A stretch of DNA of 64,000 nucleotides from Rhina ancylostomus (GCA_030265395.1 JARFYF010000052.1:86166374-86230373); one strand, 5' to 3'. Counted from the stretch's first letter, positions 25,580-39,010 are shown. The notes: a model not told the origin generated them from the sequence alone. Translations and numbers: made by a program.

Positions 25580-25970
25580 CTATATAGGACAAAAGCATTT
25601 CCTGTTTGAAAACTATAACTCAGCTTATACAAGTGTCATTCTGATGAGCAAGTTTAGAAATATTAGGAAAATTAGTACATTTCTTAATGCAAGGTTATAT
25701 TAAGAGCATTATGCATTTAAAAGTTCAGTATTGCTTGGCATACGATACTGAATAGCTGGTGCCAAACTAATCTGATCAGCTGAATCACGATTTTTTAAAA
25801 GCAAAATAAATGTGGATTTTAGCTAAGTAAGCTTCTTGCTGGTGGATTTGCCAGTTGCACCATTTTCTTCCACATTTAGGACCAGGATTCATAGATTTTC
25901 AACTGACTAACAGCCATAAGAGAAAAAAAATACTTCTCTGCCACTTAACTGCTTTCTCCATTTGGGAAGA

Positions 25971-26510
25971 TGTATTGTGGAGGGCCGTGGCCGTCACGTG
26001 ACAGCACTGCCCATTACCTGGTCGAAAGATACACCACTGTCAGTCAAGGTTTGGTTCCACCCTACCCATCAGTGCACACCTGTCACTGGCCCCCTTAAAC
26101 ACCTTTGTACTTGGCCTTGGGTCATTGGCCTTTTGTGATCGATTAGTCCTTGCTGGCACCAGGACATTGGCCTTTTTGAACTACCTGGGCTGGACCCCCC
26201 AGCACTATAAAGAGTGCCACACGTGTTTGGTTCACTCTTTTCACTGCTCCAAGGGATTCAGCCTGCTTCATCCCAGGCCGAGGAGCCTTGGAATAGCACT
26301 GGAGAGATCATTGATAAGGTGTGCACTGTCAATAGGTTTAGGAGTGTTCTAGGTAGTATCCCCAGTAGCATAGGGCCATGCCTGCACTGAGTCAAGGGGT
26401 GGCAGGTACCGTATTGCTTTTCTTTGATTGTCTGTACTGATAGTTTGTGTGAGTGTTGTTCCTGTTACCTTTTCCCCACATTTGTCTTTGTAAATAAATC
26501 ATTTATATCA
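25971..26510 (+). mobile_element. Probable solo LTR
   Basis: 540-bp GC-richer island with TG...CA ends, TATAAA at about 26206 and AATAAA at about 26493. No clear TSD. Confidence 0.5.
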
Positions 26511-27639
26511 AGGCAAATGACATGCAAGCAAAAATAGGTTGTCAGGATCTGCAGATTAAAAGGGCACTTAGGAATTAATATAATATGGGTATCCACTATC
26601 AAGATTGAGTAATATTTGGATCTCAAATTTATAGCATCTTACGAAATCTGTCCTTGCACCATTCTGCAACCAGTGCAACTTCTACTGTTCTCTTGAAAGC
26701 ACCCCAACCTCATTTTAATGGCCAAGAATTTTCAGTTGCTAGTTGCTCATGCACTGCTATCCCTTGAACTAAATTCCAACTTGCCTTGTTCAGTTCCCAC
26801 CAGGAGAACTTGGAGAGACAAGTAGAGCCATCCTTTGTAAAAAGGCCCTGTTCATCAATGGAAGTTTCTGTAGCGTAACATTAAATAGGGTACCTGGTAG
26901 TTCCAAAGTAAAATGCCTACAAAAATGTTTGAGAACCAGCTGAGAAAGGTGTCAAAAAACTTTGAATGACAGTGATTTTAAAAAATACCAAACTATTAAG
27001 GATTCAAAAAACACAGGAACAAATGAATTGGAGAACTAAACTTAGTTCATTTATAATTTCTTGCATACATCCCCCTCCATTGAAATAATAGGACCCATCA
27101 CTGCATCTATTCTAAATCGGCCTAAGGCTATTCAAACACATTTCCCACCACAATTTTAGGACTTCCAAGGAAAGGAATCTTAAGATTTCTGACAGTTACA
27201 CATAAAAATGTCAGTTTCCTACAAAATCCAAGTCAGTGAGATTTTTTTCATTTCAGAATAAATGTCAAATTCATCATACTTGAGTCTCACATAAGTGTAT
27301 TATGCAAATTGTACTTAGTGATGCAAATATATACTAACATGGTACCGCAGACTATGAATTGGATTTTAACAAAGAATTTGTTAATCAGTTTCAGGCATTA
27401 TTAATATAAGCTGATGGATACCATTTTCTTTGTTCATAAGCTTTAGGAATATTTATAAATTCAAACCATTTTAAAACTTGTAATGTGGTCTTGAAACCTA
27501 ATACAGATTTTTCTTAATAGCTTAAATATTAAGACCACCATTGGTCTATTATGTTCTGAATCATCTCAAATCAACTGCAACTTTAACAATAACAGCAATT
27601 TTAGTTGGGAAAGGAAAACAAAATCTTTACCACTCTTAC

Positions 27640-27797
27640 CTGATCTGAGCTGATCAAATTCCCGATCAAGTAACTCTTCCTCAGTTAACTTTGAGAAGTT
27701 GTCCTCTCCAAACGGATTCCATCCAGACATGTCAGGAGGGTTGCTGATATTTTGAGGAGAATATTTGGAAACTCCATCTAAGTCTAAACTAGTTGGC
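27640..27797 (-). CDS. BMP2K: BMP2K exon 14
   Basis: ttttacag| ... CAG|GTAAGA, 158 nt. Encodes RPTSLDLDGVSKYSPQNISNPPDMSGWNPFGEDNFSKLTEEELLDREFDQLRS. Confidence 0.96.
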
Positions 27798-28679
27798 CTG
27801 TAAAATGGAAAACATTTAATATAAAGCAAAATAATTTGAAGTATTTCATATAAATACAAAATCTAGTCAAGCAAAATATAAAAATTACAACAGTAATATC
27901 CTAGTTTTCCATTTGTTGGAATCTTAATTTTAAGTCCACGTTATTCAAAATTATAGTGCTATTTTTAAGTCCTGCTTCAACCAGTACAGAACAGTAAAAA
28001 CAAATAAACTTAAAATAATGCAAATGCAAAAACTAATCTGTGGAAACATTTCACTGGTAATAAAGGATATGTCACACCAGAGAGCTGCTGAAAGCAAATT
28101 GGATTGATTTATTCATATCCTAAATCTCAATCAGAAAACAGCATTTTCCAATAATCTAAGCGAAATGAAGATCATTGCTTCAGGTGATTTTGGACCCAAG
28201 GTTCCCAAAGTTTTTCAACATCTTTTTCTCCCCCTTGTCTAATGTTTAGGTATATTTGTCAAGAAGAGGCTGTCAGGATGGCATAAGGAATTAGTAAAGG
28301 GGAGAAAAAAAATTCAGTGATAATTCTAAATTGGATAATATCATAAGACAATTCAGTAACATATTAAAGGACTTAAAGCTCCATTCTACCATGCCTCTAA
28401 TAGAATCATAAAAATCACATTGGATTTTTATCTTATTGCCGCAATTGCTTAATGAATTGTAGGAAAAATAATGCAATGCAACAAATTGCAATATTTCGTC
28501 TTAAAACAAGAAACTAACAATTTATTTCAACTGGAGACATTACAAATTTGTCACCAATCATTCACAGTGAACTGATCTGCTCACTCTTTTGCAGCAAATT
28601 CTGAGCAAAAGGTACTAATATTTCCAAAACCAGCAATTAATATTGCAAATCAACATTTTCCTCATCCCACAGTACTGAC

Positions 28680-28933
28680 CTAACTGAGTTGTTAGAAGGT
28701 TCCATCATTAGTCCAACAGGCTGCATTGAGCTAGTTCCAGTGACCACAAAAGATACACCATACGAGACATCATTCTGAATCCTATGATGGCCAACAGTTT
28801 GATGGGAAGTTGGGGAGGTTGGAGAAACAAAAGGACTTAAAGCAGCTTGGCATTCATGTGGCGATGGCTGAAAATGTGGGTGCTGGTGCACAACAACCTG
28901 AGATTGCACAAAAGCCTGTGGATATTGTTGTAC
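28680..28933 (-). CDS. BMP2K: BMP2K exon 13
   Basis: aatag| ... TAG|GTCAGT, 254 nt, phase 0-2. Encodes VQQYPQAFVQSQ...GHHRIQNDVSYGVSF...VGLMMEPSNNSVR. Phases fit both neighbours. Confidence 0.88.
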
Positions 28934-29064
28934 CTATTAAATTGAAACATTACATGTTTAATACAATCATAATCCAATAAAGATTCATTAGTGCAATGTT
29001 TTACCTTATTCAAAACCAACTCTTTAAAAGAAAGTAAATGCAACAGCAATCACACCTTTAAAAC

Positions 29065-29175
29065 ACGTTGGCGCCAGAAGCATGGTGACACTTGCGGGCT
29101 GCCCCCAGAACACTATGCAAAAGATGTATTTCACTGTGTGTTTTGATGTACCCGTGACTCATAAGATATCTTTAT
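29065..29175 (+). mobile_element. 3' tail fragment of the same SINE family as 47197-47495
   Basis: Shares GGCTGCCCCCAGAACAC..CAAAAGATG..TTCACTGTGT..TTTGATGTAC..GTGACT.ATAA.GATATC with 47414-47488. Confidence 0.75.
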
Positions 29176-32100
29176 ACATTACAAGATGCTCCCCAAAATA
29201 GGAGAAGGAACGGGCATAGAATAGAAGCTGGAAAAATCAAAAATGTGAAAGACTTGAAATAAGTACTTTGACAAAATCAAAACGTGGCTTTAGGTAAATA
29301 AACTCTCCAGGAATACGATTACAGATGGATTTGCCAAACCTGGTGGTGCATTGAGCGAACATAAAGCTGGGGAAGGGCAAAAAGGCACAAAAGGTCATAT
29401 CATCATGAACACTGCATTGAAATGCCATTCATAAAGCTTCTGAACCCTCTTGAACACATTCACCAGCCCATTTCCTTACTGCATTCCAAACTAGAACTCA
29501 GTTGAACTCTGCTGACAAGCAGTTAATGAAGTGGACTAACGGATGCAGAAGACTCCAACCAGTGTGTTTTAGGAAACAGTAATGAAAGACACAATACCAT
29601 AAGATTCCTGGCAAAGGCTTCGTTTAAAAATTCACAAACCAAAAAACCTTCACTCTGCATGGATTCACCTAACCTGCTAAGTATTGTCAACATTTTCCAT
29701 TTCTATTATTAATTTGCTCACAGCTGGAATAGTGGATGCAATACAAGGGACACCATTACAGGAATACATTGGTTCATATTTTGCAATCAGCAAAAAAGAA
29801 CACTGCTCAGCATTCATCTTGATAAATGCTCGCAAAGTTTTAGCAAATGCTGCAGCACACTTCCCTCTCAGTTATCACTTTGATTTCGGCAGCCTGCATG
29901 GGAAATTTATGGCATCCGATAAGAATGAAGAATCCTGTCAGATGGCAATGTATGAAGTAAAATACAATCAAGTTAATTACAGAAATAGTAAAAGATTGGT
30001 ACATACAGTACTTGTAATTAAGGAAGAAATCAGGTAGGGAAATAAATTTAAAACATTACAATACAAATCTTAAAAATGATCTGCTACTTTATTTTCCTGA
30101 AAGAGTGTGACTCTACTCTTCTACAATTAATTTTTCAAGAAGCATTGTGTTTTGCAAATACTATAATTTGCTTTGTCATTAAAGTTACTCCCAACACAAC
30201 CATAAACAGGAATATCCAGCTCCAGATGCATGCTTTTAAATACAGAAGAATGGAAACTGCTGTCAGAGATATTCTGTTCCTCTACTGGCTGCTTTATTGC
30301 TGTCTACAGCAACAGAAGATGCAGAGCTCCCACCAATTACCCAATGTTAGAGCACTTCTTAAAAATTTAGTTCATGCGTTATAATAGCAATCACACCATT
30401 TAATGGCCATGGCAGAAGGTATATTGATGCAATTTTTGGCAAAGGTGGCGCATTTTTGGCACATGACTCAATGGNNNNNNNNNNNNNNNNNNNNNNNNNN
30501 NNNNNNNNNNNNNNNNNNNNNNNNNNNNNNNNNNNNNNNNNNNNNNNNNNNNNNNNNNNNNNNNNNNNNNCAAATTGGATTCCTATTCTCTTGACCCCAG
30601 TCCTACCTGATGGCAGAGGTAGTGCTGAAGAAGCCTTAATAACCGGTGGCTTACCTTGCAGATAATGCACATTGTAGTCATGCTGGAGTGAGTGAACATT
30701 TGAAATGGGAAATGAGGAACCAATCTTTTTTTTTCTGGATATTATCAAGCTACTTGAGGCATTTCTCATTCAGACATTATTCCATTACATTCCTGATTTG
30801 TGCTGGGGGGGGTTTAATATCTGAATTACTTGCTACAGAACTCCCAGCATTTTCTGATTTGTTCCTTTATTTAGGTGTGTACATGCATTTGAGGAAAAGA
30901 CCCAATGATGAAATATGTTTCTCCTCACCACCACAATCAGCCCTGACCAGCCCACAAGATGCAAATAGTGGAGGATGTGCCAGTAGTGAAAAGATTGAAT
31001 GTCACATGGAGGTGGTTAGATTTTTAGAGACAGTCTTTTTCTGGTACAGACTGTTTCATTGTCTGTAGACACAAGAGACTGCAGATGATGGAATCTGGAG
31101 GAACTCAGCACCTATGGAGGGAAATGGACAGTAGATGTTTTGGGTCGAGACCCTTCATCTGTACAGAGTTGCAAAATTAACTAAACACTGCGTTTTATCT
31201 TAGGATATATGGATCATTGATCAAGCAGAAAATGGTTGGGCCAACACTACCACCTGGAAGAACACCCACAGGAATATCCCAAGACAATTGATTGGTCTCA
31301 AGCAACCATCTACCTTGTGCTAGATTTGACTGTAGCCGGAGGAAGAGCTCCTCCCCACCAATTCTCAGAGCTGAATTTTCCTAAAATCCCCAACTTGGGG
31401 ATTGTTAAAGACAAAAACAAACCTAAAGCTTAATTTACATCTCAGTTTAGTGTAAAATTCTGACATTGGGTTTTTACAAACCTCAGTCATGAAAAATTGC
31501 TTTCCTGGATTGCAAACACAACACCCAGCTCTGGCCTATGAACACTTCATCCGAACCCTCCATTGACATCAAGAACTACAAGCAGGAAATTTCTTGCACC
31601 TAAGATCAATGATAGTAGCTTCAGTCCCAGTCACAAATTGCCCCCTAAATACCAACTCCATCCTTCGTTACAACTAAGGCTGAACTAAACACAGTTTAAG
31701 TGAGAGGAACTTCAATAAAATATTCATTCCATCCCGACTTACACTGCTCCATCCAAAATTCTGAAAAGCCATTCTATATAGGACCACATCCTTTTCATTC
31801 ACCTTTGTGCTTGCTGACTTGCATTGGTTTCTGATCTGTGAAACGTATTGTTTTAAAATTCTTTTTATAAAAACCACCATAGCGTTGCTGTGTCTCATTT
31901 CCATAACATCCTCCATTCCAGAATATTCTGTCCTGTTGCAAATCCTAGATTTTAAAATCACTCTATCCTTGATGGCCATACCTTCTGCTGCCCAAGAGCT
32001 CTCACACCAACATTAAGACATATCAAAATGCCTGTGATCAAGGTTCACCTGTTCAAATATCCACTGTTTACATTCTAATTTGTTAACGTTCCTGTGGAAT

Positions 32101-33363
32101 CCTGAGTAACATGATACAAAAGTTACAAATTTTGTTCCCTTCCAAATTAATTAGAATTCTCAAGAATGAAAGAGAACCTAAAATGCATTTCCATAAAAGG
32201 AATATTAGAACATTAAATTAGCTGCTCATGAACCATTTTTTAAAAACTTTTTAAGAGGTCTGCATTTAAAGGGCAAGAAAATTTGATTAGAATTCATAGC
32301 TGTAAATCAGGATTCTGAAACTCATTCCAGTCCATGTGAAGCTAAGATTAGTTGTGAAGCAGTTTACAAATTGGGAAAATACTTAAAACTGGATAGAAAA
32401 CAGATGAAATTTAATGGAGATAAGCAAAGCGTATGAGGGGAAGAAACAATAGACTTTGGACAATTTCCATGACAGTTGCTGAAATAGCTAAAGTTGTTGA
32501 AGCTGAAAAGGATTAAGGAGCCTTAAAAGACAAAATCAAAAACTGCTGGAAATACAGTTTTATCTGTGGAGAGAGAAATAAAGTAACATTTCAGGTCAGT
32601 TCTAACAGCAAATTTCAAGGCAGCAGAAAAGCAGAAGGGCAAATGCAAAAAGGGCCAAGACTTTGTAATACAGTGAGAAGGAGAGATTAAATGACAACTG
32701 GGATGTTGCAAGGCAAAATGGGATGGCAACAGAAATGAAGAAACAAAAAAAATAGCCCAGAGACACAACTGGCAATAGCAGAATTACCAACACAAAATGT
32801 TCAGTGTTCAATAAATTGAGAGCAACAATCAAAGCCAACAAGATATTCAACCAAAACAATAGAATGTACTCAGATGTGATCAAACATGATTTTCTGATTA
32901 GACCACACTTGTATACTGTGNNNNNNNNNNNNNNNNNNNNNNNNNNNNNNNNNNNNNNNNNNNNNNNNNNNNNNNNNNNNNNNNNNAATAACCTTGAAAT
33001 GCTGCAAAAGAGACCCATGAGACTCATTCCTTCTTTAACCTGTCTCGATTACATGAAAAATACAGAGACTTGAAAGGTAACAGCAGGAAACAAATTGGGA
33101 ATCTATTTAAATTAACCTTCAAGGACAAGAGATCATAAAATTAAACTAGTAAAAGGAGAGTTTAGGATAGAACTCAAGATTTTATCCTTAAAGTGTTTTA
33201 CAAAGAGTGGATTTTCATAGGTAGTGGAGGCAAAATCCCCAGAGGGACTGTGACACTTCCAAACCATATTTTGTTACCCATTCATTCCTTAAACACATTG
33301 GAGTTACTCAGTTAACTGATCCATTTGGTAGTAACATTTTTCTCCACTCAGTGCTCTGCTTAC

Positions 33364-33471
33364 CATGGAGTACTGAGGCGATTGTTGCTGTTGATAATAC
33401 ATTGGCTGTATCATTAATTGATGCTGTTGTAACTGTTGCTGATGTATTGATGACTGCAAAGCCTGTTGATA
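33364..33471 (-). CDS. BMP2K: BMP2K exon 12 (Q-rich)
   Basis: ttttcacag| ... ATG|GTAAGC, 108 nt. Encodes YQQALQSSIHQQQLQQHQLMIQPMYYQQQQSPQYSM. Confidence 0.9.
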
Positions 33472-35830
33472 CTGTGAAAAATATTAGAATAAATTGTGTA
33501 GAACAGAAATCACCATGCTTGTTACAAAACCCATATATACAGCACTGTGTTGCAAAGGCACAAAAAAGTGGTAATCTATTGGAAACTAAAAGGAAACCCA
33601 TATTTATGTTGCACCTTACACCAAATAATGTGATCTCAATACATTGAGATCTCACAGCTGAGGAAAAATTGACAAACAGAATGCCTACGTGATTCTTTAC
33701 AAAATGTATTACTTCACAGACAGTGAAATAAACAAGTCAGTTTGGAGCAGAAAGTGCTGGAAGAGTCAGGTCAGGGGAAACAACGTTTCAGGCTGGAGAT
33801 CCTTCATCAGAACTCAAAGAGAAAAGCTTGTTAAGCTCTGGGTGAGCATGGGGGGGGGGGGGGGGGTGGGGGTGGTCAGGGATGAAACCAGGGTGACCAT
33901 AGGGATAACCAGTAAACAAGGTTAACTGCTTAATGAGTGAGTCGAAGTACTTAGAAGAACACAGACAGAAGAATTCAAGACAAAAGAATGTAAGAGTTGC
34001 AAAATGTAGAACAGCAAAATATGTCCAGCAGAACCTGCTGGTATGGACAACTGACAAAGACAGAGGAATCAAGTTACTTGAAGCTGTAGAATTCAATAAA
34101 GTCCAGAAGGCAGCAATGTGCCCAGGCAGACGAGATGCTGTTCCTCAAGCTTCGTTGTAACAGTGCAGGAAGCCAGACANNNNNNNNNNNNNNNNNNNNN
34201 NNNNNNNNNNNNNNNNNNNNNNNNNNNNNNNNNNNNNNNNNNNNNNNNNNNNNNNNNNNNNNNNNNNNNNNNNNNNNNNTCATGGCCCTTGCACCCTATT
34301 GTCTGCCTGCACTGCACTTTCTCTGTAACTGTAACACTTTATTCTGCATTCTGTTATTGCTTTCCCCTTGCACTACCCCCAATGCACTGTTGTAACAAAA
34401 TGATCTGTATGGATAGCATGCAAAACAAGTTTTTGACTCTACCTCGGTACATGTGACAATAATAAACCAATTACCAACTTAAAACTAACTTGTTTTCTCT
34501 CTTTCCTGGTTTTGATGGAGGGTCTTATACCTGAAACATTAACTCTGCCTCTCTCTGGGCAGCTCCCTGGACTTAGTATTGAATTCTACAACTTCAGGTA
34601 ACTTGATATCAGACTGTATCAGTCGTCCATTTGTGATATTTGCTCAGCTTATTTCTTTTCTCCCTTTGAGTGGAGGATGTGCCCAACCTGACCTGCCGGG
34701 CACATCCTCCTGCTCTGCATTTTGCAACTCCCACTTTCTTTTGTCTACGTTCTCCCTGTCTAACTGCTCTCATTCACTCATTGACCAGTGACTTTGTTTA
34801 TATCTGATTGCCATGGTCACCCCAATGTTACCCTATGAGAAACATCCCTCCCCCCACCCCTCCTTGCAGCTTTTCTTTCCTTCCCAGTTCTGACAAAGTG
34901 TCTTTGACCTGAAAACTTAACCATTTCTCTTTCCGGAGACATAGCATGACCTGTTTCAATAGTTGCAGCATTTTCTGTTTTTATTTTAGATTTCTAACAT
35001 GTGCAGTTTTTTTTATTATTCTCTGTCTTGGGGCAGGATATATATAACACCCTGATAGTAATAGCCAAACACTTTTGCCCAGACATGAAGGACAAAAGCA
35101 AATCAAAGCACCAAAACTGATTTGAATTAACCTTGGACAGTGAACTGTAATACACTGTCAAAAATATCAATAAATCTCACACTATGATCAAAAACATTGA
35201 AAATTTAATCACAGACTGAAAATTAGAAATGTTATAGCACATCAATAAAGATAATTACCATAGATTTACAAAATAATTTTTGGCTATAGGACTTGTGTAC
35301 AAGTTAACTAAATAAATTTGAGACACCATGGAACAACAAGGCACAGGTTCAGATCCTTTCCTCAGTAACATTTGAAAAAGATTTTTTTGTGTTCTTGAGT
35401 TTGTGTGAACATGTCTAAGAAAAAAAAATTTGCAGATGGTTTGTTCATTCTCCAAAAAAAGAGGTAACTGATTAAAATGTAAAACATACAATACACAGTA
35501 AAATCCTGATAATCCACAAATTCCAGTGATTTGGCACAACAGGGTCATTTTCCCACCCTCCCTCTAAACTTACTTGGTTCACTGGAAAAATTAACAAAGT
35601 GAATCAAGTGTGTTGGGGTATTAATCAAAATGACACCCAGAAAATCTGCCAGTCCAGCACCAAAATCTTGAAGATGCCAGATCAGTTTTATTGCACACAG
35701 CTATAATCCTCTCAGAATGTACTGCCACTTCAAAACTGATAATTTGCTGACCCTGTATCCTGGTGTTCTACAATGCAAATGATATGGAAGTATGATTTAG
35801 GAAATTATACTTTAAATCCTTGACAGCTAC

Positions 35831-35982
35831 CTTTTGGGCCTGACTAATCTGTTGTTGCTGTAACTGTTGAAGATGGTGATGCTTCAAGTCTCCCTGCTGT
35901 ATCTGCTGAAGAACTCTATGTTGCTGTTGACTGGTCCCCTGAGCCATATGAATTGAATGTCCATTTCCAGCTAGTGTAACAG
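35831..35982 (-). CDS. BMP2K: BMP2K exon 11 (Q/H-rich)
   Basis: cttcacag| ... AAG|GTAGCT, 152 nt. Encodes AVTLAGNGHSIHMAQGTSQQQHRVLQQIQQGDLKHHHLQQLQQQQISQAQK; the HRVLQQxQQGD motif is conserved in BMP2K. Confidence 0.9.
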
Positions 35983-37924
35983 CTGTGAAGAAATTTATGC
36001 AAATGAATAGCAAGCTACCAAAAAAAACACAGGCTGCTAAATTTAAGCTACATCCAAAAACAGAGATTATTAAAACATATTCCCACAGGTATTAAAAATT
36101 CTCGATCTGCAACCTAACATGATATTTTTTCACTAAATTTTGGTGCAAAATGTCCAGAGATCAGAGATCATCGAAATTTGCTGTGCAGCCTTTACTCTAA
36201 CATGATTAGACAGACTTGGGGGGGGGGGNNNNNNNNNNNNNNNNNNNNNNNNNNNNNNNNNNNNNNNNNNNNNNNNNNNNNNNNNNNNNNNNNNNNNNNN
36301 NNNNNNNNNNNNNNNNNNNNNNNNNNNNTGATTAGACATACTTAGCCCCCCCCCCCCCCCACAAATAGGTTTTAAACTACAGGACAAACCCTTTCATGAC
36401 TGTCAATATGGTCAGCCATTCAGTATTTAATACAGAAAAGTCAATCATCCTTTCCATGTATTCAATTTTACTTTTAATAGCTAACATGCAAATAATTTGT
36501 AAAACTTACATGTGGTCACTAATGGCTTGGATATGAATTTGTAATATAGCTCTTCAAAAGGTGAATCCACAAATCAACCAGATCATCCAGGAGAGAATGC
36601 AACACGAGACAAAAAGTCTAAGGGATTTTGGCATAATAAAAACACCAAATAGGCCATCACAAAATAAACTATACTGTTCTGTACTCAAGAGCATACCAGT
36701 ATCTGATTATTAATTAGCTTCAGTTGTGAGGTGTAAAGAGAAAGATACTGCGCTCTCAAATGATGAAAATAATGTGGAAAGTTAGCAGTACAACAACAGA
36801 ATGCACCTATGTTTGAATCATCAAAATTTAGTACTCACATTTTCTTACTGGATTAATTTAACATTTTCTCTTCAAAAATATCAAAGGCTAAAAGAGCATA
36901 TAACATGCAAGGGCACAGATACATAACAAAGACTGAAGGAGATAATAGACAGGGTTATGAGGTATGTGATAGACAATTTAGCATCTCTGGGAAGAATTTC
37001 TTGGCAAGAAAGGGAGGGAGATGAAGAAACATGACTGTCTGGAATTGAGTATTTTTTAAATTAGGAGCCTTAAGGGAAACAAGAGCTTACTAGGCACCTA
37101 GATCAGATTCATTTGTCTATTAACATTATACCTTCATTTCTCACCTTTATCAAAATCAAATGCTTTAATGGGGGAAAATAAACCCAAGTATCTTAAGCAA
37201 CACAAAATGCTGGAGAAACTCAGCATTTCCAGCATCTGCACACTCATTTCTCCAAATATCTNNNNNNNNNNNNNNNNNNNNNNNNNNNNNNNNNNNNNNN
37301 NNNNNNNNNNNNNNNNNNNNNNNNNNNNNNNNNNNNNNNNNNNNNNNNNNNNNNNNNNNNNCTTAAAAATTATTTGCCCAAAAAAAATGCAAACTCTCAG
37401 CACTTTTGGCAGAAGTCTTCTGAAGCACTAGACATTAAGCTAGATACCAGATAAGCTCGCTTCTGGTCAGGATTCCATTGCAGCCTTCTGGGGTCAGATA
37501 TTCACTTACATCAAACACAGCCACCTTCCTGAGAAATGCCATTGCCTCACATCAGCAGTTCTAGCCTTCCTAGCCCACAGAGGGACCCAATAGGAGATAC
37601 ATCTAATGAGACCAGTATCTGCTTGTGTACAAATAGGGTTCCACAAAAACTGAAGGTTTTATATTCTTAGTGCAAATCTCCTACAAAGAAGATTAGTTAC
37701 AGTATACGTCTTACCTCTGCAGATATACTTTTCAGCAATTTCAGTGACCAGGGATCCTAGATGGAGCTTGGGCCCTCACCACTGCAAATCAAACTGGCAA
37801 GGTTCCACTTCTCCCAAAGATCATTCCCAGCAGGATCATTTCAATATTTATACTGGGAACTTCTGCCATGTGATTTTCACAGCTCATCTTCAAATCCCCA
37901 TTTTTAAAGATTTTTCTTGCCTAC

Positions 37925-38760
37925 ATTCAGGGGTATCTTGATCAGTTAGGGAAGTGGTCTGAGTAGCAGCAAATGGATTTCAATACAGTTAAGTGTGAGG
38001 TGATGCACTTTGGAAAGTCAAACCAGCGTAGGACTTATACTATGAATGGGAGGGCACTATGGAGTGTAGTGAAACAAAAGGGACCGAGAAGTACAAGTGC
38101 TTTGTGTGCTGAAAGCAGCATTACAGGTAGACAGGGTGGTGAAAAAGGCCTTTAGCATGCTAGCCTTCAGTCAGGACACTGAGCAGAGCATCTGGGACAT
38201 TACATTTCCACTGTACCAGTCACTTATGAGGCCACACTTGGAATACTGTGTACAGTTTTGGTCACCCTGTTAGAGGAAAGACAGTTAAACTGGAAAGTGA
38301 GAAANNNNNNNNNNNNNNNNNNNNNNNNNNNNNNNNNNNNNNNNNNNNNNNNNNNNNNNNNNNNNNNNNNNNNNNNNNNNNNNNNNNNNNNNNNNNNNNN
38401 NNNNNNNNNNNNNNNNNNNNNNNNNNNNNNNNNNNNNNNNNNNNNNNNNNNNNNNNNNNNNNNNNNNNNNNNNNNNNNNNNNNNNNNNNNNNNNNNNNNN
38501 NNNNNNNNNGACCCACAGGGCAACTTTTTTATGCAGAGGATGGTGAGTATATGGAATGAGCTGCCAGAGGAAGTGGTTGAGGCAGGGACAATAGTAACAT
38601 TTAAGCAGCATTTTGGTAGGTACATGGAGGGATGGGACGGGACTTAGAGGGATATGGGCCGATTACAGGAAATTGCCAACGAAGCAGGCACCGTGGTTGG
38701 CATGGACTCACTGGGCCAAGGGGCCTGTATCCGTGTTGTATTGCTCTATGACTCTAATGG
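37925..38760 (+). mobile_element. CR1 LINE 3' portion
   Basis: Encodes MDFNTVKCEVMHFGKSN, RPHLEYCVQFWSP and FFMQRMVSIWNELPEEVVEAG. Ends in a (CTATGA)-like tail and spans a gap. Confidence 0.85.
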
Positions 38761-39010
38761 TCTAATTTAGAAATGTGCCATCAAAAGTATCCACACATCA
38801 CTGGATTTAAATTGTAACGTAAATTTCCCTAAACAACTGCTAGATGGATCATTAAATCCAAACAAATATCCCCTCATCTGGGTGTCTAAATAATTATGAA
38901 TAAAGTACAATTTAAAATATTCAACAAGTTATGCTGCCTCAATTCCAAATGCAATATTGACACATTAGTATTAAGTTACACTTTTAGCTTTCTTTCAGCT
39001 AAGGAATTAC

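Noticed and set aside
31236-31433. 65-aa ORF with a YLVLDL motif, reminiscent of an RT
   Set aside because: Too short and no supporting adjacent motifs; cannot be assigned.
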